DNA of 55,089 nucleotides from a virus (Duplodnaviria; Caudoviricetes): IMG/VR virus record IMGVR_UViG_3300009078_000004, positions 1 to 55,089 of that record; one strand, 5' to 3'. Shown piece by piece: positions 54,873 to 55,089 of this stretch (position 1 is its first letter; each line of letters starts with the position of its first letter). The notes under the pieces were generated by a model. It saw only the letters and a program-made list of their open reading frames with translations, ran no database searches and was not told where the DNA came from. The position numbers and the translations under genes were made by a program.

Positions 54873-54893
54873 GTGTATACTGGACACACACAC
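54873..54893 (+). promoter_or_regulatory. Early-type promoter GTG-TATACT-N-CACAC
   Basis: gtgtatactggacacacacac. Confidence 0.7.
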
Positions 54894-54916
54894 GCGAACG
54901 ACCGAAGGGGACCAGC

Positions 54917-55066
54917 ATGAGCCTCGACATCGACTACGACCTCAGCGTCGACCAGCAGATCGGCGACTGGGAGGACATGCGCATGCACGAGATCCACGAC
55001 CAGGGCACCTGCGCCGGCCCCGGCTGGTGCGACTGGTGCGGCAACGACATCCCCACCGAGTTCTGA
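54917..55066 (+). CDS. 49-aa acidic Cys-containing protein
   Basis: AAGGGG RBS; spans the circular junction. Confidence 0.6.
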   Translation: MSLDIDYDLSVDQQIGDWEDMRMHEIHDQGTCAGPGWCDWCGNDIPTEF

Positions 55067-55089
55067 TGACCCAACCCCACCGCTTCAGC
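54967..55089. repeat. 123-bp terminal direct repeat, copy 2
   Basis: Identical to 1-123. Confidence 0.95.

Overview
Apparently complete, circularly assembled genome of a GC-rich tailed actinobacteriophage. Positions 1-123 repeat exactly at 54967-55089, so the unit length is about 54,966 bp. A filamentous actinomycete host is inferred from the DUF397 and WhiB genes. Gene order: ParB-MTase, small terminase, DUF397, a ~900-nt non-coding structured RNA/tRNA-like island, a leftward accessory block, large terminase with a class 3 intein, portal, MuF-like protein, a 1118-aa prohead-protease/ADP-ribosyltransferase polyprotein, a second protease-like protein, separate hexamer and pentamer capsid proteins (mycobacteriophage cluster B-like layout), a siphovirus tail module with a short tape measure, an inverted endolysin, RecT, WhiB, a lambda-O-like initiator with iterons, an Rv2179c-like exonuclease and many small Cys/His-rich early genes. 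No integrase, DNA polymerase or helicase was recognised. Best candidates for new biology: (1) a protease-centred polyprotein with two ART domains and repeated linker/tag peptides, one tag also present on the portal; (2) a promoter-to-terminator structured RNA island with non-canonical tRNAs; (3) a genome-wide -10/CACAC promoter grammar tied to leaderless Met-Thr-His-Thr-His genes; (4) a Met-initiated class 3 intein with an extra HTH. All family assignments come from motif recognition by eye; no searches were run.
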